Shown here: in pieces, positions 40,570 through 49,254 of the stretch | How positions within the stretch are numbered: the stretch's first letter is position 1 | Layout: every line of letters starts with the position of its first letter | Origin: Syntrophorhabdaceae bacterium | GTDB taxonomy: Bacteria > Desulfobacterota > Syntrophorhabdia > Syntrophorhabdales > Syntrophorhabdaceae | NCBI GenBank assembly: GCA_963665295.1 | Contig: OY762209.1 | Coordinates: 4,992,001 to 5,056,000, forward strand | Length of the DNA stretch: 64,000 bases | Reading direction: 5' to 3' | Position numbers and translations under genes: made by a program | The notes under the pieces: generated by a model | Databases searched by the model: none | The model's input: the letters and a program-made list of their open reading frames with translations, nothing else | What the model was told of the DNA's origin: nothing

Positions 40570-41460
40570 TTACGCTCCGTCCTTTTTTCGCATGATTGGT
40601 ATCCTGGACTCGCAGGGAACGCCTGTCTGGCACATACCGCATCCGTATCCTTCAAAACCGAAATGGGTTTTCACATATTCCTGGGTGGTGGGGTGCAGAT
40701 ATGCCATGCACTTATTCTTGTCATGCCCTCCCTCGGTAATCGCCCCCACCGGGCAGCGTTCGATGCATTTGCGGCATGTGCCTTCGGCGTAGAAGAGACA
40801 GTATTCGTGATGGTTGGAGTAGGGTCTTTCCGACGGGGGGACCGCAACCTTCGCCACCACCGATGCGCATACCATCGCCTTGCCGGCACGGGTGATAAGC
40901 CCGTCGCAAAGCCCGAAGGTGCCGAGACCCGACACATAGGCCACATGTCTTTCGGACCAGGTCGATGCGAGTCCGAACCGCTCGGAGAGCTTCACCTCCC
41001 AGAGAGGGGAATCACCGGGAGCCATTGCGGGACAACCCGCTTCGAGCAGGCCGGCCACCAGGTATGCACGGAGTTCCGTGTTGAATTGTTGGCCGAATAT
41101 TCTTGCCCTTGCCCACCGTTCGGAGGGGTACCTCGTCTCTTTCCGGTTGTCATGTTTGGTAGCGTTGGTGTGGGGCAGAATCCAGCTTATCACGGTCAGT
41201 TCCTCCGGCCGGACGTGCAATGAAGGGAAGGACTTCGTGAAAATCTCGAGCGGGGTCCAGTGAAAAGGCCCAACGTGTCTCCTCAGGTCCTCGTACAACG
41301 GGTCGCCGCCGTTCGAAAACCCCACAACCGGGTCGGCCCACGCCGGTTCGCCGGTTCCGTTATTGAGATTGTTCGACTCTGACCCTGCGAACTCCCTGAT
41401 ACGGCCCTCTATCCAGGCCGCCGGGCCTTCAAAATGACTTGTCTTTGCCTCCATGCACAT
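40570..41460 (-). CDS. Epoxyqueuosine-reductase-like (QueG/RdhA superfamily) Fe-S protein
   Basis: WSERHVAYVSGLGTFG, C..CRKCIERCP, CGMCQTGVPC. Confidence 0.8.
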   Translation of the reverse strand: MCMEAKTSHFEGPAAWIEGRIREFAGSESNNLNNGTGEPAWADPVVGFSNGGDPLYEDLRRHVGPFHWTPLEIFTKSFPSLHVRPEELTVISWILPHTNATKHDNRKETRYPSERWARARIFGQQFNTELRAYLVAGLLEAGCPAMAPGDSPLWEVKLSERFGLASTWSERHVAYVSGLGTFGLCDGLITRAGKAMVCASVVAKVAVPPSERPYSNHHEYCLFYAEGTCRKCIERCPVGAITEGGHDKNKCMAYLHPTTQEYVKTHFGFEGYGCGMCQTGVPCESRIPIMRKKDGA

Positions 41461-41533
41461 CCTCCTTGATCGGTATTATGGTTTCATGGCCGGATCCCCG
41501 GGGGGCGGCCGGTGCGACCGGGCTGAACATGAC

Positions 41534-41547
41534 GTTGCATATACAAC
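41534..41547. promoter_or_regulatory. Candidate MarR operator 2
   Basis: GTTGCATATACAAC imperfect palindrome, identical to 42043-42056. Confidence 0.7.
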
Positions 41548-41571
41548 ACCATGAGGAAAAAAATAGGGGAC

Positions 41572-42027
41572 CTACTTCGGATCCCGGCCGCTGCTAAGTG
41601 TCTCATAGAGTCTCCGCACTGAATCGACCCCATCTTCGCCCAGAAGATCGAGGGCCTTCTTCTGTGCCTTCGTCCATTCGACGTACGCGGCCTGAAGCAG
41701 CTTCCTGCCGTCCTCCGTCACCTTAATGGCCTGCGTTGGCCGGTCATCGCTGCTCATGATCTCTATCCAGCCCTTATTTTTCATCCGGCTCACGTTTCGG
41801 CTGACCGTGGATTTCTCCATCCGGAGCGCCTTGCTGATGTCGCCCGGACCGGCTTCGCCGTGAAGAAAGAGCCACACCAGTATACCCGCCTGATTCGTCT
41901 TCACGTCGAGGGGCCGGAGGGCCTTGTCATAGAGGTTTGTAATAACGCGGTTCACGAAGCGCACCCGTCTCGCGATACAATTGTCGCTTACCGCCTGTGC
42001 CAGTTCCACCGCTTTTTTCTCATCCAT
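41572..42027 (-). CDS. MarR family transcriptional regulator
   Basis: CIARRVR..NRVITNLYD, MEKSTVSRNVSRMKNKGWI, TEDG. Confidence 0.9.
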   Translation of the reverse strand: MDEKKAVELAQAVSDNCIARRVRFVNRVITNLYDKALRPLDVKTNQAGILVWLFLHGEAGPGDISKALRMEKSTVSRNVSRMKNKGWIEIMSSDDRPTQAIKVTEDGRKLLQAAYVEWTKAQKKALDLLGEDGVDSVRRLYETLSSGRDPK

Positions 42028-42042
42028 GTGATCCCTTCTTGA

Positions 42043-42085
42043 GTTGCATATACAACATATTAACAAAAGGCGCTGCCCGTGTCAA
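42043..42085 (-). promoter_or_regulatory. marR promoter with operator 1
   Basis: Minus strand TTGACA (42085-80), 17 nt spacer, TAATAT, immediately followed by the GTTGCATATACAAC box. Confidence 0.7.
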
Positions 42086-42213
42086 GTCCCTTTGCAGGAA
42101 GGCATAGGCCTTTACTTTGTCCGCCGGTTCCGCATAATATAGAAGAATGTTGCTCCTGATGCCGTGTCGGGGAGGTATGAAATCGCACAACTGTTTTCCG
42201 GTCTGAGTTTGCC

Positions 42214-43467
42214 GTGAAGATTCGACTGCCTGCTTTTCTCAGGTCTTACGGGTTTTCCCTGGTGCTCCTCTTTGCCATTTCTGCGGGGTCTTTGCTGGGG
42301 ATTGTCCTCAGGAAGGATGCGGCCTTTTGCAAGCCCTTCGGGGATGTGTTCTTGAACCTTCTCTTTACCGCCCTGGTGCCCCTCGTCTTCTTCTCCATAT
42401 CCTCATCGGTCGCCGCCATGTCCAACATGAAGCGTCTGGGCAGGATCATCTTTTCCATGCTGGTGGTCTTCATTCTTACGGGAATCGTCGCGTCGGCGCT
42501 CATGGCGGCCGGAGTAAACCTTTATCCTCCCGCCCAGGGACTCATTGTGGATCTCAGCGCGAAAGTAAGCGTGGACCATTTCAAAACCTCCGAGCAGATA
42601 GTCAAAGCCTTTACCGCCCCTGACTTTACCGACGTCCTTTCCAAAAAGAATATGCTCGCCCTCATCGTCTTCTCTATCCTTGTGGGCCTTGCGACCGCGT
42701 CGTCGGGCCGCAACGGCCGGGTCTTCGCTGAATTTCTCACCTCGGGCAACCATGTGATGATGAAACTGATCTCCTATATCATGTATTATGCGCCCATCGG
42801 CCTGTGCGCCTATTTTGCCTATTTTGTCGGCGCTTACGGGCCCGACTTGCTGGGTTCCTATTTCCGGGCCATGACGCTTTACTATCCCCTCTCCATCGCG
42901 TACTTCTTCGTCGGATTCTCCGTCTATGCATATGTTGCAGGCCGGTCGGCAGGAATAAGGGTATTCTGGAAGAATATTATCCCCACCTCCCTCACAGCCC
43001 TCGCCACAGGGAGCAGCATGGCCGCTATCCCCGTCAACCTGGAGGCGGCGGACAGGATCGGCGTGCCCAGGGATATCAGCGAAATCGTCATTCCCATCGG
43101 GGCCACGATCCACATGGACGGCTCCTGCCTGGCGGCAGTCCTGAAGATTGCGGTCCTTTTCGGCATCTTCCATATCAGTTTTTCCGGAGCGGAGACCATC
43201 CTCCTCGCGATCGGCATCGCCCTGCTCACAGGCACGGTCGTAAGCGGGATACCCGCAGGCGGCGTCATAGGAGAGCTGCTGATCATTTCCCTCTACGGCT
43301 TTCCCCTCGAGGCCTTCCCTGTCATCACCATGATCGGTACCCTTGTCGACCCGGTCGCCACAATGCTCAACTCGGTAGGCGATAACGTAGCAAGCATGAT
43401 AGTGGCGAGGATGCTGGGAGGAAAGGGTTGGATGGGGGCGAATTCAGGGGACATAGGCCCCACGTGA
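42214..43467 (+). CDS. Dicarboxylate/amino acid:cation symporter (DAACS)
   Basis: ATGSSMAAIP, IGATIHMDG, TMLNSVGD. Confidence 0.92.
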   Translation: MKIRLPAFLRSYGFSLVLLFAISAGSLLGIVLRKDAAFCKPFGDVFLNLLFTALVPLVFFSISSSVAAMSNMKRLGRIIFSMLVVFILTGIVASALMAAGVNLYPPAQGLIVDLSAKVSVDHFKTSEQIVKAFTAPDFTDVLSKKNMLALIVFSILVGLATASSGRNGRVFAEFLTSGNHVMMKLISYIMYYAPIGLCAYFAYFVGAYGPDLLGSYFRAMTLYYPLSIAYFFVGFSVYAYVAGRSAGIRVFWKNIIPTSLTALATGSSMAAIPVNLEAADRIGVPRDISEIVIPIGATIHMDGSCLAAVLKIAVLFGIFHISFSGAETILLAIGIALLTGTVVSGIPAGGVIGELLIISLYGFPLEAFPVITMIGTLVDPVATMLNSVGDNVASMIVARMLGGKGWMGANSGDIGPT

Positions 43468-43503
43468 CCTGCACCTGTTACATCATCATCGCCCACGGCC
43501 TTA

Positions 43504-44427
43504 TTACGCTGTTCCTGTCTTTCGATGACGATAGTAACGAAGGGGAATGATGATCACGAAAAAAGGGATCATATACATGGCGGCCACCAAAGGCTCTACG
43601 GGTCCAAAAAACTGGGAGGAAAAGACAATTACCAGCACGTTGTTGATATTACCCAGCACCACCGCGCCGGCCAGTTGATTCTCCACCGACCCCTTGCGAA
43701 AAAACAATATTCCCACCGCACAGTAAACCGCCGCCAGAACAAAACCCACGACTGTCGCCATAACGATGACGGATGGCTCTTTTTCGAAAAAGGACGCGTA
43801 GCGGTAGAAAACCCCGAGGTTGATGAGGGCGAACATAAGGAGGGACACGGGGAACTGAACCTTCAGAATGGGCGCCACAAGCCTGGGAAGCAGGTATCGG
43901 ATGATTTCAACAACGATGATGGGGATAAACATCACGGTGGCCAGCATCCGCAACATGGCCAAAAAGGAGATGGCCACTTCCTTCGCGGCGACTGTCTTGA
44001 TGAGCGCCGGCATTGTAAAAGGCGCCAGCGCGGAGGTAATCACCACCACAACGAGAACAAGTGCGCTGTTACCCCCCACCATGTTCGAAATCATGGGCGC
44101 CACAACGCCCGTGGAAACCCCTGTCAAGAGCAGGGCGGAAAGGGCATAATCCGGCGCGAACAGGGAGAAGCTGAAATACATGACGACGGGCAGGATGGCC
44201 AGCTTGATCAGCGTAAACCCGAAGATGTGCGCGCTATGACCCTTAAGGGCCCTCCACACGGACGCGAGGTCGATGGAGAGGTAGCTGAGAAAGAAATTGA
44301 CCATGAGGGCATAAAAAGGCAGGGCCTTGAACCGGGAACCGAAGCCGGGAAAGATGACGGCTACGGCCATGGAGGAGATGACCACAAAAACCAGCACAAT
44401 ATCATTGAGACGAACCGAGGTTTGCAT
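43504..44427 (-). CDS. Bile acid:sodium symporter-like membrane protein
   Basis: About 10 TM segments, GGNSALVL. Confidence 0.7.
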   Translation of the reverse strand: MQTSVRLNDIVLVFVVISSMAVAVIFPGFGSRFKALPFYALMVNFFLSYLSIDLASVWRALKGHSAHIFGFTLIKLAILPVVMYFSFSLFAPDYALSALLLTGVSTGVVAPMISNMVGGNSALVLVVVVITSALAPFTMPALIKTVAAKEVAISFLAMLRMLATVMFIPIIVVEIIRYLLPRLVAPILKVQFPVSLLMFALINLGVFYRYASFFEKEPSVIVMATVVGFVLAAVYCAVGILFFRKGSVENQLAGAVVLGNINNVLVIVFSSQFFGPVEPLVAAMYMIPFFVIIIPLRYYRHRKTGTA

Positions 44428-44780
44428 TAATATCAATTACCAGAGAACGTTTACGTTATCAACATCTTTCACATCCCGGGGTCCTGTCCCCGGCCTGTAT
44501 TCGGATGCCCTGTCCACATTGGAAATACCCTGCGAGCAGACCGGGCGGTCACGGGCTTGCAGCAGACTTCCTTGATTATTACCCTTTACTTATGGGCCCC
44601 CCTTTGATACAGGGGTACTGCGGTGGACAGGATTGGCATTGCGATTCCGAAACAGGCGTATGGGCAACATTGCTCACAAGAACGAGGGAAATCGGTCCCT
44701 CACGATAATACAGCTTCGTCCGGCAACGACCGCACAAATGGGTTCCCCGGACTGAAAGAGATGATTTTGAGGAGGCAAAC

Positions 44781-45029
44781 ATGAAAAGAATTACGACGAC
44801 CATCGCTTTCGTTTTATGCCTTGTCCTGATGGGAACCGGTCTTCTGGTTGTTTCTTCCTGCAGTCGGCCCATGAACCCTCCTCCGAGTGAGACGGTGGAC
44901 CAGGGCACCGGCAGCACGGGCACCGGTGTTACAGGCACAGGCACCACAAGCAGTGGCCCTCTGGACGACCGTAGCCGGGGTTCTGTGGAGGGCAGTTCAC
45001 CCGGCAGCGGGGGAGGCGAAGTCAGGTAG
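44781..45029 (+). CDS. Small Gly/Thr/Ser-rich putative lipoprotein
   Basis: GGAGG RBS, hydrophobic N-terminus ending VSSC, low-complexity tail. Confidence 0.6.
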   Translation: MKRITTTIAFVLCLVLMGTGLLVVSSCSRPMNPPPSETVDQGTGSTGTGVTGTGTTSSGPLDDRSRGSVEGSSPGSGGGEVR

Positions 45030-45134
45030 AAAACCCCGGGGCCACGGTCCGGCTCGCATGGCCCCTTTTGTGCCCGATATGGGTAGTCATAGAGGATGAT
45101 TTTTGTGGCTGCGGGAACCATCGCCACTTCACGC

Positions 45135-45776
45135 TTATTTTCTGATGAATCTGTCCTTATAAAACCCCTGGTTGAGATACAAGGCGGCTACAGGGTTATG
45201 CCCGAGGGCGCGGTCTTTAACTACGAGAGGTGTTGTCTCCGCCTTGCAATGACGCAGGAAGAGTATGTCATGTCCCAGGCAAAGCCCTACCATTATGTTC
45301 AGTTCCGTTTCTTCGCGGTTGAGTACCTCCGCCTGCATTATGGGGTTGCAGATTATGCTCCCCGGCATGCCGATATCCTGAGGATTCATTTCTCCACAAA
45401 GGCACGATATGGAGACGACGTCGAACCCGTTGTTCTCAAGAATGTCGCACAAAGACCTTGATTCGGACATCAAACCATAGCACGTAGCTATGCCGAGCCT
45501 CTTCATTCCCCGTATCTTTGCGTACTCCATAATTTCATCGACCCTTGTCCAGGACAGTTTTTCTCTTGGCCGTTCCGGGTCCATGGTCTTACTCATCACA
45601 CCAAGCCAGCCCTTATTTATCGCCTGGTTTTCAGGCCGCATAAATATCTCTATTGTTTCTTTGGCCAGGCCCGGGTACTTTTCTGTAGGACAGAATACAG
45701 GCACGTTCTTGTTCTTTTCCTCGGAACTGCATCGAAGGATCGTACATTTTACACACTGGGGACTGTTCCTTTCCAT
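45135..45776 (-). CDS. DUF1847-like Cys-rich metal-binding protein
   Basis: TRVDEIMEYA, GIATCYG, CNPIMQA, GLCLGHD, KDRALGHNP. Confidence 0.85.
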   Translation of the reverse strand: MERNSPQCVKCTILRCSSEEKNKNVPVFCPTEKYPGLAKETIEIFMRPENQAINKGWLGVMSKTMDPERPREKLSWTRVDEIMEYAKIRGMKRLGIATCYGLMSESRSLCDILENNGFDVVSISCLCGEMNPQDIGMPGSIICNPIMQAEVLNREETELNIMVGLCLGHDILFLRHCKAETTPLVVKDRALGHNPVAALYLNQGFYKDRFIRK

Positions 45777-46079
45777 TGGGGGCCTCCTTTATATTGGCCT
45801 GGTTCTCCGTTTTATCGACGTAATGCTCCATGCCGTTTCCGCCCGGCACGAAAAGACAAGAGAAGGTCTGTCCAGAATGCCGGCACGTTACAGGGATGCC
45901 CACGGCCTTATGGGTGGCCGCTCCCGGGACCATGGCGGCAGGTTTCGCTATGTCTCTTCGTGCTATGCCGTTTCCCCTATCGTTCAGCCTATTGTCACGA
46001 AAGTTTTGCCGGACGGGGAAGGTCTGTCAAAACAAGAAACAATGCCCCGACGATCTATTGCCGGGACATTGTTCGTAAC

Positions 46080-46125
46080 CCTGAATGTCGGCGGGCATAG
46101 TGTTCTTGTCCCGCCGACATTCAGG
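46080..46125. terminator. Strong hairpin downstream of the Q/P-rich gene
   Basis: Perfect 16-bp stem CCTGAATGTCGGCGGG / CCCGCCGACATTCAGG. Confidence 0.65.
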
Positions 46126-46175
46126 AGGTTTGTTTCTTGCCTGCCTGTGATACTCCTCTTTATGTCCTGCCTCCC

Positions 46176-47336
46176 TCACCTTCCCTGGGGCTGCTGCGAC
46201 CCTCCCTGGTGCTGGCCCTGAGGTTGCTTTTGGGGCTGCTTTGGAGGTTGCTTTTGGGGCTGCTGACCCTGAGGCTGTCTTGGCGGCTGCTGCGCCGGCT
46301 GCCTTGGCGGCTGCTTTGGAGGTTGCTGCGCCTGTGGCTGTCTGCCGGGCTGCTGCTGAGGCCCTACCTGTGGCTGTCTTCCGGGTTGCTGCTGAGGTCC
46401 GACCTGTGGCTGTCTTCCGGGTTGCTGCTGAGGTCCGACCTGGGGCCCTCTTCCCGGCTGCTGCTGCGGCCCTACCTGGGGCTGTCTTCCGGGTTGCTGC
46501 TGGGGTCCTACCTGGGGTTGTCTGCCAGGCTGGTCTCCCTGCGGCCCTACCTGAGGCTGCCTGCCGGGCTGCTGCTGAGGCCCTACCTGAGGCTGCCTGC
46601 CGGGTTGCTGCTGCGGCCCTACCTGTGGCCCTCTTCCGGGTTGCTGCTGAGGTCCGACCTGGGGCCCTCTTCCCGGCTGCTGCTGCGGTCCTACCTGTGG
46701 CCCTCTTCCGGGTTGCTGCTGAGGTCTTACCTGGGGCTGTCTTCCCTGCTGGTGCCGCTGAACGTCCGGCCTCTGCTCATATTGCACCTGCCTCTGATGC
46801 CTCAGTTCCTGTCTCTGCTGTTGCGGCCGGGGCCTGTAGCCTTGGACGCCCCAGTTTCCCTGCCTTTCCCAATGTCGGTTATTCTGCCAGCCCTGCCAGT
46901 TACGTTCAAGCTGCCCGTGGTGAATTCGTTCGTAATTCCAACGATGTCCGTACCAATCGTGGTTTCTGTAATGTCCTCTCCAACCCGGGTCTACATCGAA
47001 ATAGAAGGCTGGGACGCTGTTATAGTAAGCCCAACCCCGGTCGTAATACTGCGAGCGATACCAGACACCATTATATGGACGCCACCAGAAACCGTTCCAG
47101 AAGTACAGGTCCACGTTTACATCAGGGGCAACGTACACGCCTTCCGTATCAGGCATCGCCACAACGTCGGGAGGGGCCTGAAACGCTATCTGCGGCGGAG
47201 CATCGGGTATAGGGGCATACGTGGCGTCGGGTGCGACGGCCTGGTTATCGTAGTATGCGCCGTCGGGCTCCATGGGAACAATCGCGCAGCCCGTCAATAG
47301 GGTCAATCCAAGGACAATCATTATGGGTCTTTTCAT
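46176..47336 (-). CDS. Lipoprotein with aromatic-rich domain and Q/P/G tandem-repeat tail
   Basis: Lipobox LLTGC; YFWNGFWWRPYNGVWYRS; QQQPGRQPQVGP repeats. Confidence 0.8.
   Translation of the reverse strand: MKRPIMIVLGLTLLTGCAIVPMEPDGAYYDNQAVAPDATYAPIPDAPPQIAFQAPPDVVAMPDTEGVYVAPDVNVDLYFWNGFWWRPYNGVWYRSQYYDRGWAYYNSVPAFYFDVDPGWRGHYRNHDWYGHRWNYERIHHGQLERNWQGWQNNRHWERQGNWGVQGYRPRPQQQRQELRHQRQVQYEQRPDVQRHQQGRQPQVRPQQQPGRGPQVGPQQQPGRGPQVGPQQQPGRGPQVGPQQQPGRQPQVGPQQQPGRQPQVGPQGDQPGRQPQVGPQQQPGRQPQVGPQQQPGRGPQVGPQQQPGRQPQVGPQQQPGRQPQVGPQQQPGRQPQAQQPPKQPPRQPAQQPPRQPQGQQPQKQPPKQPQKQPQGQHQGGSQQPQGR
46330..46750 (-). repeat. Coding 36-bp tandem repeat (about 11 copies)
   Basis: QQQPGR[Q/G]PQVGP units, with one 13-aa variant. 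Confidence 0.9.
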
Positions 47337-47781
47337 CAAATACATCCCTCCCGTCGGTAGTTTGAGTCTTTTCCTCACATAGCACTCTCTCGTCGCACAA
47401 CTATCGTGTACTCAAAGATAGCCTATGGTCTCTTCAGTGTCAACAGCAATACTTGTGCCAGGGATGTTTGTCGGAAACCATATCGATTAAGGGGCCAAAA
47501 CGCGGGCCTGCACGGATAAGGGGCGTCATTTTTGTCGTTTCCCTGAGACTTCCTGCAAAGAATGTCGAAATACCGCGTTCCGGGGACCTCCTCTCCTCTA
47601 AAAATAAGGGGCATGACCGGCAGGCAAGGTCCGGCCACAGGTATCGCCTTAACTCAGCTACAGACATGGGCACGAAAATATGATTAAATCTTGCGCCTGG
47701 AAGGCAATACAACGGACGCCCCCCAAAGGCTCATAGACCCCCGGAAGCGGCGCAAGACCCGGCGGGCAGGAATAGGGCTTC

Positions 47782-49227
47782 ATGAAAACACCACGTGAAA
47801 TAACACCCCCTGAAACTTTTAGCCGGAGACTGGCGCGACAGGCCTTCGCTTTCCGTTCCTTGTTGCGCGAAGCTGTGAGTACTTCCCACAGGGATTTTAC
47901 TGAGGGAGCAATCAGCAAGGCGATCTTCCTCCTCTCCGTCCCTATGGTGCTGGAGATGACCATGGAGTCATTGTTCGGCATCGTCAACGTCTACTGGGTT
48001 GCCCATCTTGGAAAGGAACAGGCGGCGGCCGTGGGGATTACGGAATTTCTATTGACGATCCTCTTCGCAGTGGCAATAGGATTGAGCATTGCCACGACGG
48101 CAACGGTTGCCCGTCGAATCGGTGAACACGATCCCGAGGCTGCGGCCCGGGTTGCGGCGCAAGCCGTCTTTATCGCCATAGGGATTGCCGTGCCCCTTGC
48201 GCTGGTGGGCATTGTCTTTCAGCCCCATCTCTTCAGCATGATGAATGCCGGGCCGGGCGTCGCCGAGGCAGGTTCCGGATATGCCACGATCCTGTTCGGC
48301 TCAAATGTCGTCATCATGCTCCTTTTTCTGCTTAACGCCGTTTTCAGGGGTGCGGGAGACGCGGCAATCGCAATGCGCAGCCTGTGGCTCGGAAACGCCA
48401 TAAATCTCATCCTTGATCCCTGTTTTATATTCGGGCTGGGTCCCTTTCCCGAGATGGGCGTCACCGGTTCGGCCGTTGCAACGACAATCGGAAGAAGTTG
48501 CGCGGTAGCATACCAGTTCTACCGGCTTTTCGGGACACGGGGCCGCGTGTCCATCAAGGTGTCTCACCTCAAATGGGATATTGCGGTTATAAAAAACCTT
48601 ATCCGGCTGTCCGTGGGCGGCACGATACAGATGCTCGTTGCCATGAGCGCGTGGATCTTCTGCATGAGCATAGTGGGGCGCTTCGGCGCCGCGGCACAGG
48701 CGGGCTATACCATCGCGATCCGGATTGTCTGGGTTACACTCCTCCCCTCCTACGGCATGAGCAATGCGGCGGCGACCCTGGTCGGCCAGAACCTCGGAGC
48801 CCGGAAACCGGACCGCGCCGCACGATCGGCGTGGTGCGCCGGACACAGCAATGCGGTCTTCCTTTCCGTCATTTCCCTGGCAATGCTCTTTTGGGCCAAA
48901 AACCTCACCGGCTTCTTTACCAACGACCTCGACGTAATCCGTTACGGGGCTGCGGCCATACAATACATCAGCTTCGGTTATGTCTTCTATGGCTACGGCA
49001 TGGTCATGGCCCAGGCCTTTAATGGCGCGGGGGATACCCTGACGCCCACCATTCTCAACTTTGTGTGCTTCTGGATAATACAGATCCCCCTGGCCTATTC
49101 GATAAGCAGCTATACACCCCTCGGGGCGAAAGGGGTCTTTCTTGCGGTAACCATAGCGGAGTCCGCGTCGGCAGTCCTTGGAATCGCCTGCTTTCGGCAA
49201 GGGAAATGGAAGACCCGGAAGGTCTGA
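47782..49227 (+). CDS. MATE family efflux transporter
   Basis: [34 protein letters not shown]. Confidence 0.92.
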   Translation: MKTPREITPPETFSRRLARQAFAFRSLLREAVSTSHRDFTEGAISKAIFLLSVPMVLEMTMESLFGIVNVYWVAHLGKEQAAAVGITEFLLTILFAVAIGLSIATTATVARRIGEHDPEAAARVAAQAVFIAIGIAVPLALVGIVFQPHLFSMMNAGPGVAEAGSGYATILFGSNVVIMLLFLLNAVFRGAGDAAIAMRSLWLGNAINLILDPCFIFGLGPFPEMGVTGSAVATTIGRSCAVAYQFYRLFGTRGRVSIKVSHLKWDIAVIKNLIRLSVGGTIQMLVAMSAWIFCMSIVGRFGAAAQAGYTIAIRIVWVTLLPSYGMSNAAATLVGQNLGARKPDRAARSAWCAGHSNAVFLSVISLAMLFWAKNLTGFFTNDLDVIRYGAAAIQYISFGYVFYGYGMVMAQAFNGAGDTLTPTILNFVCFWIIQIPLAYSISSYTPLGAKGVFLAVTIAESASAVLGIACFRQGKWKTRKV

Positions 49228-49254
49228 GCCCGGTACCCGCCTCGCGGGACCCGG

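Noticed and set aside
46330..46750. 36-bp repeats as a possible CRISPR array
   Set aside because: Head-to-tail with no unique spacers, in frame within a CDS, and no cas genes nearby.
46137..47300. Leu-rich repetitive plus-strand ORF
   Set aside because: Antisense reading of the Q/P repeat gene, which has the RBS and lipobox.
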